Source of the DNA: an uncultured Actinomycetes bacterium | GTDB lineage: Bacteria; Actinomycetota; Thermoleophilia; Gaiellales; Gaiellaceae | Assembly (NCBI GenBank): GCA_963838985.1 | Contig: CAWITF010000004.1 | Span: 76,280-140,279 of the forward strand | Direction: 5' to 3' | Length of the DNA: 64,000 nucleotides | In this document: piece after piece, positions 45,635 through 54,515 of the stretch | How the letters are laid out: the number at the start of each line of letters is the position of its first letter | How positions within the stretch are numbered: the first letter of the stretch is position 1 | Notes under the pieces: model-generated | The model's database searches: none | What the model was told of the DNA's origin: nothing | Seen by the model: the letters and a program-made list of their open reading frames with translations, nothing else | Program-made: the position numbers and the translations under genes

Positions 45635-46051
45635 CTACGCCAGCTCGCGGCGGCGCGCGAGCAGGCGCTTGCGCTTGTCGACGAGCTCGTGCTCGAGCCG
45701 CTCGAGCTCCTGCTTGCGCCGCCGCACGAGCTCGAGCTGCGTGTCGACGTGCGGGAGCGCGGCGTTCACGATGCGCAGGCGCTCCTCGTCGGAGCCGGTC
45801 GCCTCCCAGCGCTTGCGAAGCGCGGCACGTGCTTCCTCCGCTTCGACGAGCTGCTTGAGCTCGTCGAGCGAGAGATTGAGCAGATCGCGCAGGCGCGTCA
45901 GCTCGGCGACGCGCTCGACGTCGGTGTCGATGTAGAGCCGGTGCGATCCCTTCCGGCGCTCGCCGCCGGGTAGCAGCCCGATCTCCTCGTAATACCGGAT
46001 CGTCCGCGGCGTCACGCCGGTTCGCTCGGCGAGCTCGCCGATGCGAATCAT
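45635..46051 (-). CDS. MerR-family transcriptional regulator
   Basis: Tail of ORF 45635..47479: MIRIGELAERTGVTPRTIRYYEEIGLL, followed by a coiled coil. ATGA overlap with the upstream MFS gene. Confidence 0.85.
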   Translation of the reverse strand: MIRIGELAERTGVTPRTIRYYEEIGLLPGGERRKGSHRLYIDTDVERVAELTRLRDLLNLSLDELKQLVEAEEARAALRKRWEATGSDEERLRIVNAALPHVDTQLELVRRRKQELERLEHELVDKRKRLLARRRELA

Positions 46052-47520
46052 GCGGCTGCCTCGAGGAGCTCGTCGTGCTCGACCGGGCGCACGTGCGCGG
46101 GACGGAGCATCGACACGCCCGCGCCGAGCAGCGAGATGCCCGCGAGCACCCAGAGCGCGAGGTGCATGTTCGAGATGAACGGCGAGAGCTGCGCGTTCGA
46201 GAGCCCCGACGTGATCCCGGAGAAGATCTTGAACAGCACGTCCTTGGGCACAGCGGACGTCACGATCGCCATCACGAACGCGATCGAGATCACGGCGCCG
46301 GTGTTCTGCAGCATCACGCGCGCGCCTGCCGCGATCCCGCGCCGGTGCGACGGGACGGATCCCATCATCGCCGCCGTGTTCGGGCTGTTGAACATGCCCG
46401 AGCCGATGCCGACGAGCGCGAGCCAGAGCGCGCTCCAGACGTACGCGGTGTGCGCCTGCAGCATCGTCATGCCCGCGAGCCCGGCGGCGCTCACGACCAT
46501 CCCGAGCGCCGCGAGACCGCGCGAGCCGTGACGGTCGGCGATGTAGCCGGCGATCGGCGACGCGACGAGCATCCCGATCGCGAGCGGCGCGAGCTCGAGC
46601 CCGGCCATGATCGGCGACTGCCCCTGCGGGCCCTGGAAGTAGAAGACGAACAGGAACATCAGCGCGAAGCGCGAGAGGCCGTTGATGAAGGCGGCGCCCG
46701 ACGCGGCGCTGAAGAGCCTGTTCGAGAAGAGCGAGAGGTCGAGCATCGGCGCGCGCCCATGGCGCTCGATCAGCACGAACGCCGGCAGCAGCACGGCCGC
46801 CGCGATCAGGCCGCCGATCACGAGGCTGTTGTTCCAGCCGGAGAGCCCGCCCTTCGACAAGGCGAGCACGAGCCCGGTCAGGCCGACGACGAACGTCGAC
46901 GTCCCGAGCAGGTCGAGCCCGCGCTGCTCGTCGCGGCCGGACATCTCGTGCAGCACGAGCCATGCCCAGATCGAGCCGGCGATCCCGAAGGGCAGGTTGA
47001 ACCAGAAGACCCACGGCCACGAGATCGCGACGAGTGCGCCGCCGAGCACCGGGCCGATCACGAGCCCGACCGCGGCGACCATCGTGTTCGTGCCCATCGC
47101 GAGCCCGAGCTCCTTCTTCGGAAACGCGTCGGTGACGAGCGCCGCGGCGTTCGCGAAGAGGAAGGCGCCACCGACTCCCTGCAGCACGCGCCAGAGGATC
47201 AGCTGCGTGCCGCTGCCTGAGAAGCCGGCGCCGAGCGACGCCGCCGAGAAGAGCAGGAAGCCGAGCACGTAGGCGTTCTTGCGCCCGAAGAGATCGGAGA
47301 GCCGTCCCGCCGTGAGCACGAGCACGGTCGAGACGATCATGTAGACGAGGATCACCCAGACGAGCTGCAGCAGCGTCGTGTGCAGGCTGCGCTCGAGATC
47401 GGGCAGGGCGATGATCAGCGTGCCCGAGTTCACGGTGGCGAGCAGCATCCCGAGGCTCGTGCACGTCAGGACCCACCACTTGTAGTGCTCGCTGTGTCGC
47501 CGTGTCCGAAGAAAGCTCAT
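46048..47520 (-). CDS. MFS transporter, DHA2 (14-TM, EmrB/QacA-like); intact
   Basis: ORF 46048..47520: GRLSDLFGRKNAYVLGF, VLQGVGGAFLFANAAALV, and many TM helices. Confidence 0.85.
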   Translation of the reverse strand: MSFLRTRRHSEHYKWWVLTCTSLGMLLATVNSGTLIIALPDLERSLHTTLLQLVWVILVYMIVSTVLVLTAGRLSDLFGRKNAYVLGFLLFSAASLGAGFSGSGTQLILWRVLQGVGGAFLFANAAALVTDAFPKKELGLAMGTNTMVAAVGLVIGPVLGGALVAISWPWVFWFNLPFGIAGSIWAWLVLHEMSGRDEQRGLDLLGTSTFVVGLTGLVLALSKGGLSGWNNSLVIGGLIAAAVLLPAFVLIERHGRAPMLDLSLFSNRLFSAASGAAFINGLSRFALMFLFVFYFQGPQGQSPIMAGLELAPLAIGMLVASPIAGYIADRHGSRGLAALGMVVSAAGLAGMTMLQAHTAYVWSALWLALVGIGSGMFNSPNTAAMMGSVPSHRRGIAAGARVMLQNTGAVISIAFVMAIVTSAVPKDVLFKIFSGITSGLSNAQLSPFISNMHLALWVLAGISLLGAGVSMLRPAHVRPVEHDELLEAAA

Positions 47521-47566
47521 TCTTACGTCAACGTCAGATTAGCAGAACCGGTCTAGACTCGACGGC

Positions 47567-48502
47567 GTGAACTCCGTCTCGCAGGCGCTGCCCAGGCGCC
47601 TCGTCGCCGAGGTCAGTCCCGAGCGCTTCCGCCGCGTCGCGTTCGCAGCGCTCGCGATGCTGTTGCTGATCATCGCCTCAGGCGCGACGGTGCGGCTGAC
47701 GGGATCGGGCCTCGGGTGCGAGCACTGGCCGGGCTGCCAGCCGGGCGATCCGTTCCCGAAGAAGGGTTACCACTCCTACGTCGAGTTCTCGAATCGCGTC
47801 GTCTCGTTCTTCACGATCGCGGCCACGCTGCTCGCAGCACTCGCGTCGCTTCGCACACCCGGGCTGCGCACGTTTGCGAAGCGCCTCGCGTGGCTCGTCT
47901 TCGCCGGGACGCTCGCGCAGGCGCCACTCGGCGCGTTCACCGTCTACTTCCACCTCAACCCGTACCTCGTCATCTCGCACCTGCTGCTCTCGCTCGCGAT
48001 GATCGGCCTCGGCGTCCTGCTCGTGCTCGAGGCGACGCGGCTCGTGCGCGGGAGCGCGGAGCCGCTACCCGCGATCGCCCGCACCGGCGGCGTGTTCCTG
48101 CTCGCCGCGGCGACTGCGCTCGTCGTCACCGGGACGCTCGCGACGGCGGCCGGCAAGTATCCGGGCAGCTCCGGCGACACGCGCGTGACGCGCCTCGGAT
48201 CGTTCGTGCCGTCGGTCGCGGTGCACGTACGAGTCGTTGCTGCATTCGGGATCGTCTTCCTCGTGCTTGCCGGCTGGGCGTGGCGCGAGCGTCGTCGTTT
48301 CCCGTGGCTGATCCGCGCCTGCGCCGGCCTGCTGACGATCCTCGCCGTGCAGATGGCGATCGGCGAGGTGCAGTACCGGACGTACGACCGCGTGCCCTGG
48401 TGGGTCGTGCTCCTTCACGTCTTCGTCGCCGGGACGCTCTTCGCCTGGACCGTCGGCCTCGTCGCCCGTCTCTGGCGTCCGATTGCGCCGAGACGCGCGT
48501 AG
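47567..48502 (+). CDS. COX15/CtaA-family heme A synthase
   Basis: ORF 47567..48502. Eight TM helices, with GSGLGCEHWPGC and H-containing helices (SHLLLS, VHVRVV, LLHVFVA). Confidence 0.75.
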   Translation: MNSVSQALPRRLVAEVSPERFRRVAFAALAMLLLIIASGATVRLTGSGLGCEHWPGCQPGDPFPKKGYHSYVEFSNRVVSFFTIAATLLAALASLRTPGLRTFAKRLAWLVFAGTLAQAPLGAFTVYFHLNPYLVISHLLLSLAMIGLGVLLVLEATRLVRGSAEPLPAIARTGGVFLLAAATALVVTGTLATAAGKYPGSSGDTRVTRLGSFVPSVAVHVRVVAAFGIVFLVLAGWAWRERRRFPWLIRACAGLLTILAVQMAIGEVQYRTYDRVPWWVVLLHVFVAGTLFAWTVGLVARLWRPIAPRRA

Positions 48503-48511
48503 ACTTCGGAA

Positions 48512-49405
48512 ATGAGCGAGCTGAACGTCACGTTCAGGCCCGAGCTGCGCGACCCGGTCCTCGTCGCCGCCTTCCGCGGCTGGAACGACGGCGGGCAGGG
48601 CGCCTCGCTCGCCGCCGGGTATCTCGCGAAGCAGTGGGGCGGTGAGCGCTTCGCCGAGATCGATCCCGAGGACTTCTACGACTTCCAGGCGACGCGACCG
48701 CACGTCTCGCTCGAAGAGGGTCAGACGCGCAAGCTCGAGTGGCCCGACAACGGCTTCTTCCATGCCGAGATCCCCGGGACGAGCCGGGACGCGATCATCC
48801 TGCTCGGCACCGAGCCGAACCTGCGCTGGAAGACGTTCTCGGAGCTCGTGCTCGGCCTCGCGCGCGACCTCGGCGTCACGCGCGCGGTCACTTTCGGCTC
48901 GCTGCTCGCCGACGTGCCGCACACGCGCCCGGCGCCGGTGACCGCGGCCGCGACCGACGCGACGTTGATGGAGGAGCTCGGCCTCGAGCCGTCGCGCTAC
49001 GAAGGTCCCACCGGGATCGTCGGCGTGCTGCTCGACGCGTGTCGCGCCGCCGACATCTCCTCGCTCAGCCTCTGGGCCGCGGTGCCGCACTACGTGTCGC
49101 TCGCACCGAGCCCGCGCGCCGCGCTCGCACTCGTGCGCCGCTTCGGCGAGCTGATGGACATCGACATCGACGTCACCGAGCTCGAGCAGGCCGCGGACGA
49201 GTACAGCGAGCAGGTCACCGAGGCGGTCTCTGCCGATGCGGACACCGCGGCGTACGTCGAAGAGCTCGAACGGCGCGTCGACATGCTGAGCGCCGAGGAG
49301 GATCTGCCGTCGGGCGACACGCTCGCGGCGGAGCTGACGCGCTTCCTGCGCGAGCGCGAAGAGCAGGACGAGCGCGACGACGGGGCCGAAGGCCCCGCTT
49401 CCTAA
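48512..49405 (+). CDS. PAC2 (proteasome assembly chaperone 2-like) family protein
   Basis: ORF 48512..49405: PVLVAAFRGWNDGGQGAS...ILLGTEPNLRW...YEGPTGIVGVL..., and an acidic C-terminus. Confidence 0.75.
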   Translation: MSELNVTFRPELRDPVLVAAFRGWNDGGQGASLAAGYLAKQWGGERFAEIDPEDFYDFQATRPHVSLEEGQTRKLEWPDNGFFHAEIPGTSRDAIILLGTEPNLRWKTFSELVLGLARDLGVTRAVTFGSLLADVPHTRPAPVTAAATDATLMEELGLEPSRYEGPTGIVGVLLDACRAADISSLSLWAAVPHYVSLAPSPRAALALVRRFGELMDIDIDVTELEQAADEYSEQVTEAVSADADTAAYVEELERRVDMLSAEEDLPSGDTLAAELTRFLREREEQDERDDGAEGPAS

Positions 49406-51912
49406 GCTTCGGTTGCTTCGACTGCAGGCGCCTCGGACGCAGGCGCATCCGCTTCGGCCGGCTTCTTGCGCCGGCGGCGGCGCTTCGGCTTCGCCTCGCC
49501 GTCTGCCGTCGCCTCGGTGGTCGTTGCTGCGCCCTCCGGGGCCGGCGTCTTCTTCTTGCGGCGCCGACGCCTGCGCTTGCTCGTCTGCTGCTTCGGGGCG
49601 GGGAGGTTGTCGGCGAGCGCCGCAGCAACCTCGTGCACCGTCCCGATCTCTTCTCGCGCTTCCTCGATCGACTTCGTCGCGCGCGGCGTGTAGCCCTCGG
49701 CAGATGCGAGCAGCGCGACGCCGACCTGCAGCGGCTGCTCGCGCGCGGTCTTGACGAGCTTCGCGGCGTTCTCCTCATGGCGGTGGCCGCGTGAGTTCGC
49801 GAGTGCGCCGAGCAGGCGCTTCGCCTCCGGGTACTCGCTCGACGCGCGGCGGTCCTGCACCTTGCGCGTCGCGCGTGCGAGCCGCCAGGTCCAGCGCGCG
49901 AGGATCTGGTCGGGCGCGTCGGGCTTCCCGTCGGCGATCGCGCGCAGCAGGACGCGAATGCCCGGCAGCCGTTCCTTCTCCCACGTCGGCGCCTGCGTCA
50001 CGAGCGTGACGAGGTCGTCGAAGTCGGCGCGCTCGACACGCATGGAGACGCGGTCCTGCAGCGCCATCATCCGCAATCGGCGGTTCGGGTTCTCGGCCGC
50101 GCAGGTCGCGAGGAACTGCTCGAGCGCTCCCTTTGACGCACGGCCCTCGGTCAGCTTCATCACGAACGACGCGCGCTCGTCGAAACGGATCTGGCGGCCT
50201 GCGATCGTCGCCCAGTAGCGCTGCTCGTCGTCGTCGAGGAAGCGCGGATCGACGCGCTGCCACTCGCGTTGGATGACGGCGATGCGCCGGCGGACGTCGG
50301 GCGTCACCGGTACGAGCCACGGTGCCGGCGTCAAGCGTCTACGTGCGCGTCGCTGCGAACGGCGGCGTGGGGCGGGCGTGACGCGCGCGCCCTCGCGATA
50401 GAAGTCTGCGTCGAGCAGCGAGTGCAGCGACACGACGCGCTCGTTGTGCGTCGCTCCCTTCGGGACGAAGTCGACGACGATGCCGGCTTCCTTGCGCGGG
50501 TGCAGGCGCATGATGCGGCCGATGCGCTGCTGGTACACGCGCTTCGACGCCGTCGGCGCGAGGTGCATGCACACGGTCGCGCGCGGCGAGTTCCAACCCT
50601 CGGCGAGCAGCTGCGCGTTGATCAGGACGTTGATCTCCCCGCGCTCGTACGCGGCAAGCGTCTCGGCGAGGCGAACCGGCGGCGTGCGGCCCGAGACCGC
50701 CTCCGCCTTGATCCCCGCCGACCGGAACTCCTGCGCGAGGTTGTACGCGTGGTCGACGCCTGCGGCGTAGACGATGCCCGGCGTGTTGTCGAAGCGGTCG
50801 CGGTAGAGGCTCGCGGCGGCCTGGTTCAGCGCCTGGTGGTCGAGCGTCTTCGCGAGGATCTCCTGATCGAAGTCGCCGCCGACGATCGGCACCGAGTTGA
50901 TCGCGGCAACGGGCGGCACGCGCAGGCAGCGAAGCGGCGCGATCAGCCCGCGTCGTGCGGCGTCCTGCAGCGGCAGGTCGTCGACCGATGCCGGGAAGAC
51001 GTCGGAGACCTGCTTCGCGATCAGCTCCTCCGTCGCAGTCATGCCGATGTAGATCGGCTCGGGGAAGGAGCGAATCGCGGCCGATGTCTTCTCGCCGAGC
51101 GCCGTGTGCGCCTCGTCGCAGATCACGAGCTGGTACGCGTCGCGGTTCAGCGAGTCGACGTGCCGCGCGAACCATGCGTAGGTCTGAATCGTCAGCGGGT
51201 TCGGCTTCAACGGCTCCGTGCCGGTCTCGATCGCGTCGTTGTAACGGTCGCCGTAGCCCTCCGTCTTCAGATCGCGGTCGAACTGCGAGACGAGCAGCCG
51301 GCGGTGGGTGAGGATCAGGACGCCGAGTGTGCGAGCGGCATCGACGAAGCCGGCGGCCGCGATCGTCTTGCCGGAAGCGGTCGGGTGGCGGAAGCGATAG
51401 CGCCGCACCGCACCCGGATCCTCCTCCGGTGAGAGCTCCTCCGGCAGCGGCTCCTCGTCGGTCTCGGCCGCTCCCTCCTCGTCCTCGTCCTCCTCGACTT
51501 CGGCCTCGAGCTCCTCGACGGTTGCGTTGCCGTTGCCGTTCCCGTTCTCCTCCTCGCGCTGCGTCGCGGCGATCAGCTCGGTGAGCATCCCCGCGAGCGC
51601 GTCGATCTGGTGGCGGCGGAGCGGCGTGCCGGAGGCGGTGTGCGGCTCGGGGTCGGCGAGCACCCGCTCGAGCCCGAGCATCAGGCCGTACCGCACCTTC
51701 CAGGCGGAGCTCGGCGTCCGCCGGCCGGCGTCGATCTCGGCCTCTGCGTCGTCGAGCGCGCGCCTTCGCGCCGTGCCGGGAGCGAGCACCTGCGCGGGAT
51801 CCTCGCCCTCACGGAGGAATGGCTCGCCCGCCCACGCTTCGGCGCGGAATGCTGCGGCGGCAAGTGGATCCGCCGCCTCGGAAAGGATGGTCGGCTGAGT
51901 TGCTTCTTGCAT
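49402..51912 (-). CDS. SF2 helicase (ResIII/DEAD-DEAH type) with an acidic N-terminal insert, a large C-terminal domain of unknown function and a Lys/Arg-rich tail
   Basis: ORF 49402..52023 from MQEATQPT at 51912. Motifs HPTASGKT (I), VICDEAHTAL (II), MTAT (III) and QRIGRIMR (VI). Confidence 0.8.
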   Translation of the reverse strand: MQEATQPTILSEAADPLAAAAFRAEAWAGEPFLREGEDPAQVLAPGTARRRALDDAEAEIDAGRRTPSSAWKVRYGLMLGLERVLADPEPHTASGTPLRRHQIDALAGMLTELIAATQREEENGNGNGNATVEELEAEVEEDEDEEGAAETDEEPLPEELSPEEDPGAVRRYRFRHPTASGKTIAAAGFVDAARTLGVLILTHRRLLVSQFDRDLKTEGYGDRYNDAIETGTEPLKPNPLTIQTYAWFARHVDSLNRDAYQLVICDEAHTALGEKTSAAIRSFPEPIYIGMTATEELIAKQVSDVFPASVDDLPLQDAARRGLIAPLRCLRVPPVAAINSVPIVGGDFDQEILAKTLDHQALNQAAASLYRDRFDNTPGIVYAAGVDHAYNLAQEFRSAGIKAEAVSGRTPPVRLAETLAAYERGEINVLINAQLLAEGWNSPRATVCMHLAPTASKRVYQQRIGRIMRLHPRKEAGIVVDFVPKGATHNERVVSLHSLLDADFYREGARVTPAPRRRSQRRARRRLTPAPWLVPVTPDVRRRIAVIQREWQRVDPRFLDDDEQRYWATIAGRQIRFDERASFVMKLTEGRASKGALEQFLATCAAENPNRRLRMMALQDRVSMRVERADFDDLVTLVTQAPTWEKERLPGIRVLLRAIADGKPDAPDQILARWTWRLARATRKVQDRRASSEYPEAKRLLGALANSRGHRHEENAAKLVKTAREQPLQVGVALLASAEGYTPRATKSIEEAREEIGTVHEVAAALADNLPAPKQQTSKRRRRRRKKKTPAPEGAATTTEATADGEAKPKRRRRRKKPAEADAPASEAPAVEATEA

Positions 51913-52023
51913 ATGCGCAGCACGTCGTTCGTGCTGCAAAACCTCTAAAGGTGCCGCGCTCGCCGAGTCCCCTGGAGCGAGCAGCGCCGCCAGGAAGCAT
52001 ACCCTGGCGGTCGGAGGCGTCAA

Positions 52024-52629
52024 CTATCCAATAGGGGTTCCTGCGCCGCCCATCCCGCCGAAAACGGCAAAAGGATTCCCTGGGACCGTCTCCCAGACGG
52101 CCTCCCCGCCCGGCTCGACCTCGCCGTGGACGCGGGCCGCGAGCGCTTCGGCGTCCTCCTTCGAGGCGGCGCCGACGATCAGGTACTGCCAGCGGCGCTC
52201 GACGGAGTAGCCCTCCGACTCGAGCGTGTCCGCGAGCGCGCGTGCGTCCGCGTGCGACTTGCACGCCACGCGTACCTCCCAGGGGGCGTAGCCACGGTCG
52301 AGCTGCTCCTCCTCCCAGGTCTCGGTCGGCGGCTCGTCGTCCCAGCGCTCCTCCTCGTCGAGCCAGTGCTCGACCGGCCCCGTGACCGCCGCCGTCTCGT
52401 TGTCGCGGAGCTCCGCCTGGACGACCGACCGCGCCCGCTCGGCCTCCTGGCGCGTGGCGGCGTAGACGAAGATCTGCTCGCCGTCCTGCGACACCGCGAG
52501 GCGACGCGACTCGAGGTCGCGTGCGAGCTCGGAGGCCTCGTCGTTCAGGCCGAGGCCGAGCCGCTCGAGGAAGCCGCGCCCGCCCTCCTCGTCGATGTCG
52601 ATCCGGATCCGGTAGTCGTCGGCGGCCAT
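52024..52629 (-). CDS. Hypothetical acidic protein with two similar alpha/beta repeats
   Basis: Tail of ORF 52024..53157 from MAADDYRIRIDIDEEGG. ATGA overlap with the fadB-like gene. No family recognised. Confidence 0.6.
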   Translation of the reverse strand: MAADDYRIRIDIDEEGGRGFLERLGLGLNDEASELARDLESRRLAVSQDGEQIFVYAATRQEAERARSVVQAELRDNETAAVTGPVEHWLDEEERWDDEPPTETWEEEQLDRGYAPWEVRVACKSHADARALADTLESEGYSVERRWQYLIVGAASKEDAEALAARVHGEVEPGGEAVWETVPGNPFAVFGGMGGAGTPIG

Positions 52630-54515
52630 CAGGCGGGGATCTTGCCGTACTCGGCGATCCCAAGCTGCTCGAGGTGCTTCGTGATGCCACCGAGCAAGAA
52701 CGGGTAGCCGGCCCCGAGGATCAGGCAGGCATCGACGTCGGCCGGGGAACCGACGACGCCCTCGTCGAGCAGATGCCGGATCTCGTCGGCCGCGGCCTCG
52801 AGCACTGCCTGCCGGATCTCGTCGACGGTGCGCGGTGCATCGGCGAGCGGCGCCGGCTCCTCGCCGTTCGCAAGCGCGGCGAGCGCGGGGGAGAGCGGGA
52901 AGCGATCCGGGTACGCCTCGTGCATCGTCTCGAGCACGTGGTTCGCGACTCGCGGGCCGACCATCTGCAGCACGACCGACGGCGCCATCGGCATCCCGAG
53001 CGACAGCATCGCCTCGTCCGTCTCCTCTGCCGTGTTCCCGTGCTCGAGCGCGTCGAGCAACACGCGCGTGACGCGCGTGAGCACGCGGTTGACGACGAAG
53101 CCCGGCGCGTCTGCCACGAAGACGCCGCGCTTCTTCAGGCGCTTGACGACGTCCCACGCAGTCGCGAGCACCTCGTCGCTCGTCTGCGTCGTGCGCACGA
53201 TCTCGACGAGCGGCATCAGCGCGACGGGATTGAAGAAGTGCAAGCCCACATCGGCGCCCATCTCCTCGACCGAGAGCGACGACGTGTTGGTGGCGAGAAT
53301 CGCGCCCGGCGTGACGCGCCGGACCTCGGCGAAGACCTCGCGCTTGACGTCGAGCTCCTCGAACACCGCCTCGAGCACGAGGTCGCAGCCTTCGAACTGC
53401 TCCCAGCCCGTGCCACCGTCGACGATCGTCGCGAGGAACGGCTTCTTCGCGCCGACCTCTTCGCGGATCGTCGCGAGTGCGTCGTCGACACGGCTCTGCT
53501 CGAGGTCGCGCAAGACGACAGGTACTTCGAGGCGACGAAGGAAGAGCGTCGCGAGTTGCGTCGCCATCAGGCCCGCGCCGACGATGCCGACCTTCTGGAT
53601 GCGGCGCGGCTTCGCGTCGGGAAGCTCCGGTGGCCGCTTCGAGCGCCGCTCGACGACCGTGAACGCATACGCAGAGGCCTGCGCCTGTGGGCTGACGAGC
53701 AGCTCGGCCATTGCAGCCTCTTCCTGCGCGTAGCCCTCCTCGATCGTCCAGTCCTTTGCGCCGGCGATCAAGTCGAGTGCAACGTACGGCGCGCGCGTCG
53801 CGCCGTGCACCGCGTCGTCGACGCGCGAACGCGTCTTTCGTAGAACTGTCTCCAGCTCCGACCAGTCGGGCGTCTCCCGAGCAAGTGACAAGTTGTTACT
53901 AGCGACGTCGCGCGCGAACGCCAGGGAATCGTCGACGAACTCGACCGGATCGAGGACGGAGTCGACGATGCCGAGCTCGAGCGCTTCGTCGGCCTTCAGC
54001 AGCTTGTTCTGGCGCAGCGGGTTGAGCACGATCACCTTCGCGGCCGCCTCGGGTCCGATCAGGCGCGGAAGCAGCTGCGTGCCGCCCCACGCCGGGATGA
54101 TCGAGAGCGCGACCTCGGGAAAGCCGATGTGGCGCACGTTCGCGGCGAGCGTCCGGTAGTCGCAGTGCAGCGCGAGCTCGAGCCCGCCGCCGAGCACAGC
54201 GCCGTTGATCGCGGCGACGGTCGGGAACGGCAGCGCGCGGATGCGCGCGAACAGCTCGTGGCCAGCGCGAACGCCCTCGCGCGGATCGGTGACCTTCGCG
54301 AACTCGTCGATGTCGGCGCCGACGCAGAAGACGAACGGCTTGCCGGTGAAGACCGCTGCGGTCCAGTCGCCCCGCTCGAGCTCGTCGAGCACCGAGACGG
54401 CCGACTCGAAGGCCGACCGGCCGAGCGTCGTCGGCTTCCGGTAGTCCTCGCCGTTGTCGATCGTGACGAGCGCGACCGAGCCGGCGGGATTCACGGTGAA
54501 CCTCGTCTCCGCCAT
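52629..54515 (-). CDS. fadB: Fatty-acid oxidation multifunctional protein (enoyl-CoA hydratase plus 3-hydroxyacyl-CoA dehydrogenase), FadB-like
   Basis: ORF 52629..54725 from MAETRFTVNPAGSVALVTIDNGE at 54515. Motifs FCVGADI, AAINGAVLGGGLELAL, VGIVGAGLMATQLA. Confidence 0.85.
   Translation of the reverse strand: MAETRFTVNPAGSVALVTIDNGEDYRKPTTLGRSAFESAVSVLDELERGDWTAAVFTGKPFVFCVGADIDEFAKVTDPREGVRAGHELFARIRALPFPTVAAINGAVLGGGLELALHCDYRTLAANVRHIGFPEVALSIIPAWGGTQLLPRLIGPEAAAKVIVLNPLRQNKLLKADEALELGIVDSVLDPVEFVDDSLAFARDVASNNLSLARETPDWSELETVLRKTRSRVDDAVHGATRAPYVALDLIAGAKDWTIEEGYAQEEAAMAELLVSPQAQASAYAFTVVERRSKRPPELPDAKPRRIQKVGIVGAGLMATQLATLFLRRLEVPVVLRDLEQSRVDDALATIREEVGAKKPFLATIVDGGTGWEQFEGCDLVLEAVFEELDVKREVFAEVRRVTPGAILATNTSSLSVEEMGADVGLHFFNPVALMPLVEIVRTTQTSDEVLATAWDVVKRLKKRGVFVADAPGFVVNRVLTRVTRVLLDALEHGNTAEETDEAMLSLGMPMAPSVVLQMVGPRVANHVLETMHEAYPDRFPLSPALAALANGEEPAPLADAPRTVDEIRQAVLEAAADEIRHLLDEGVVGSPADVDACLILGAGYPFLLGGITKHLEQLGIAEYGKIPA
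53881..53903. repeat. Copy 3 of the 23-nt A/T-rich palindrome family: GCAAGTGACA AGT TGTTACTAGC
   Basis: It lies inside the fadB-like CDS, where it encodes ASNNLSL with atypical A/T-ending codons. This is the same frame relative to the motif as copy 1. Confidence 0.8.
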
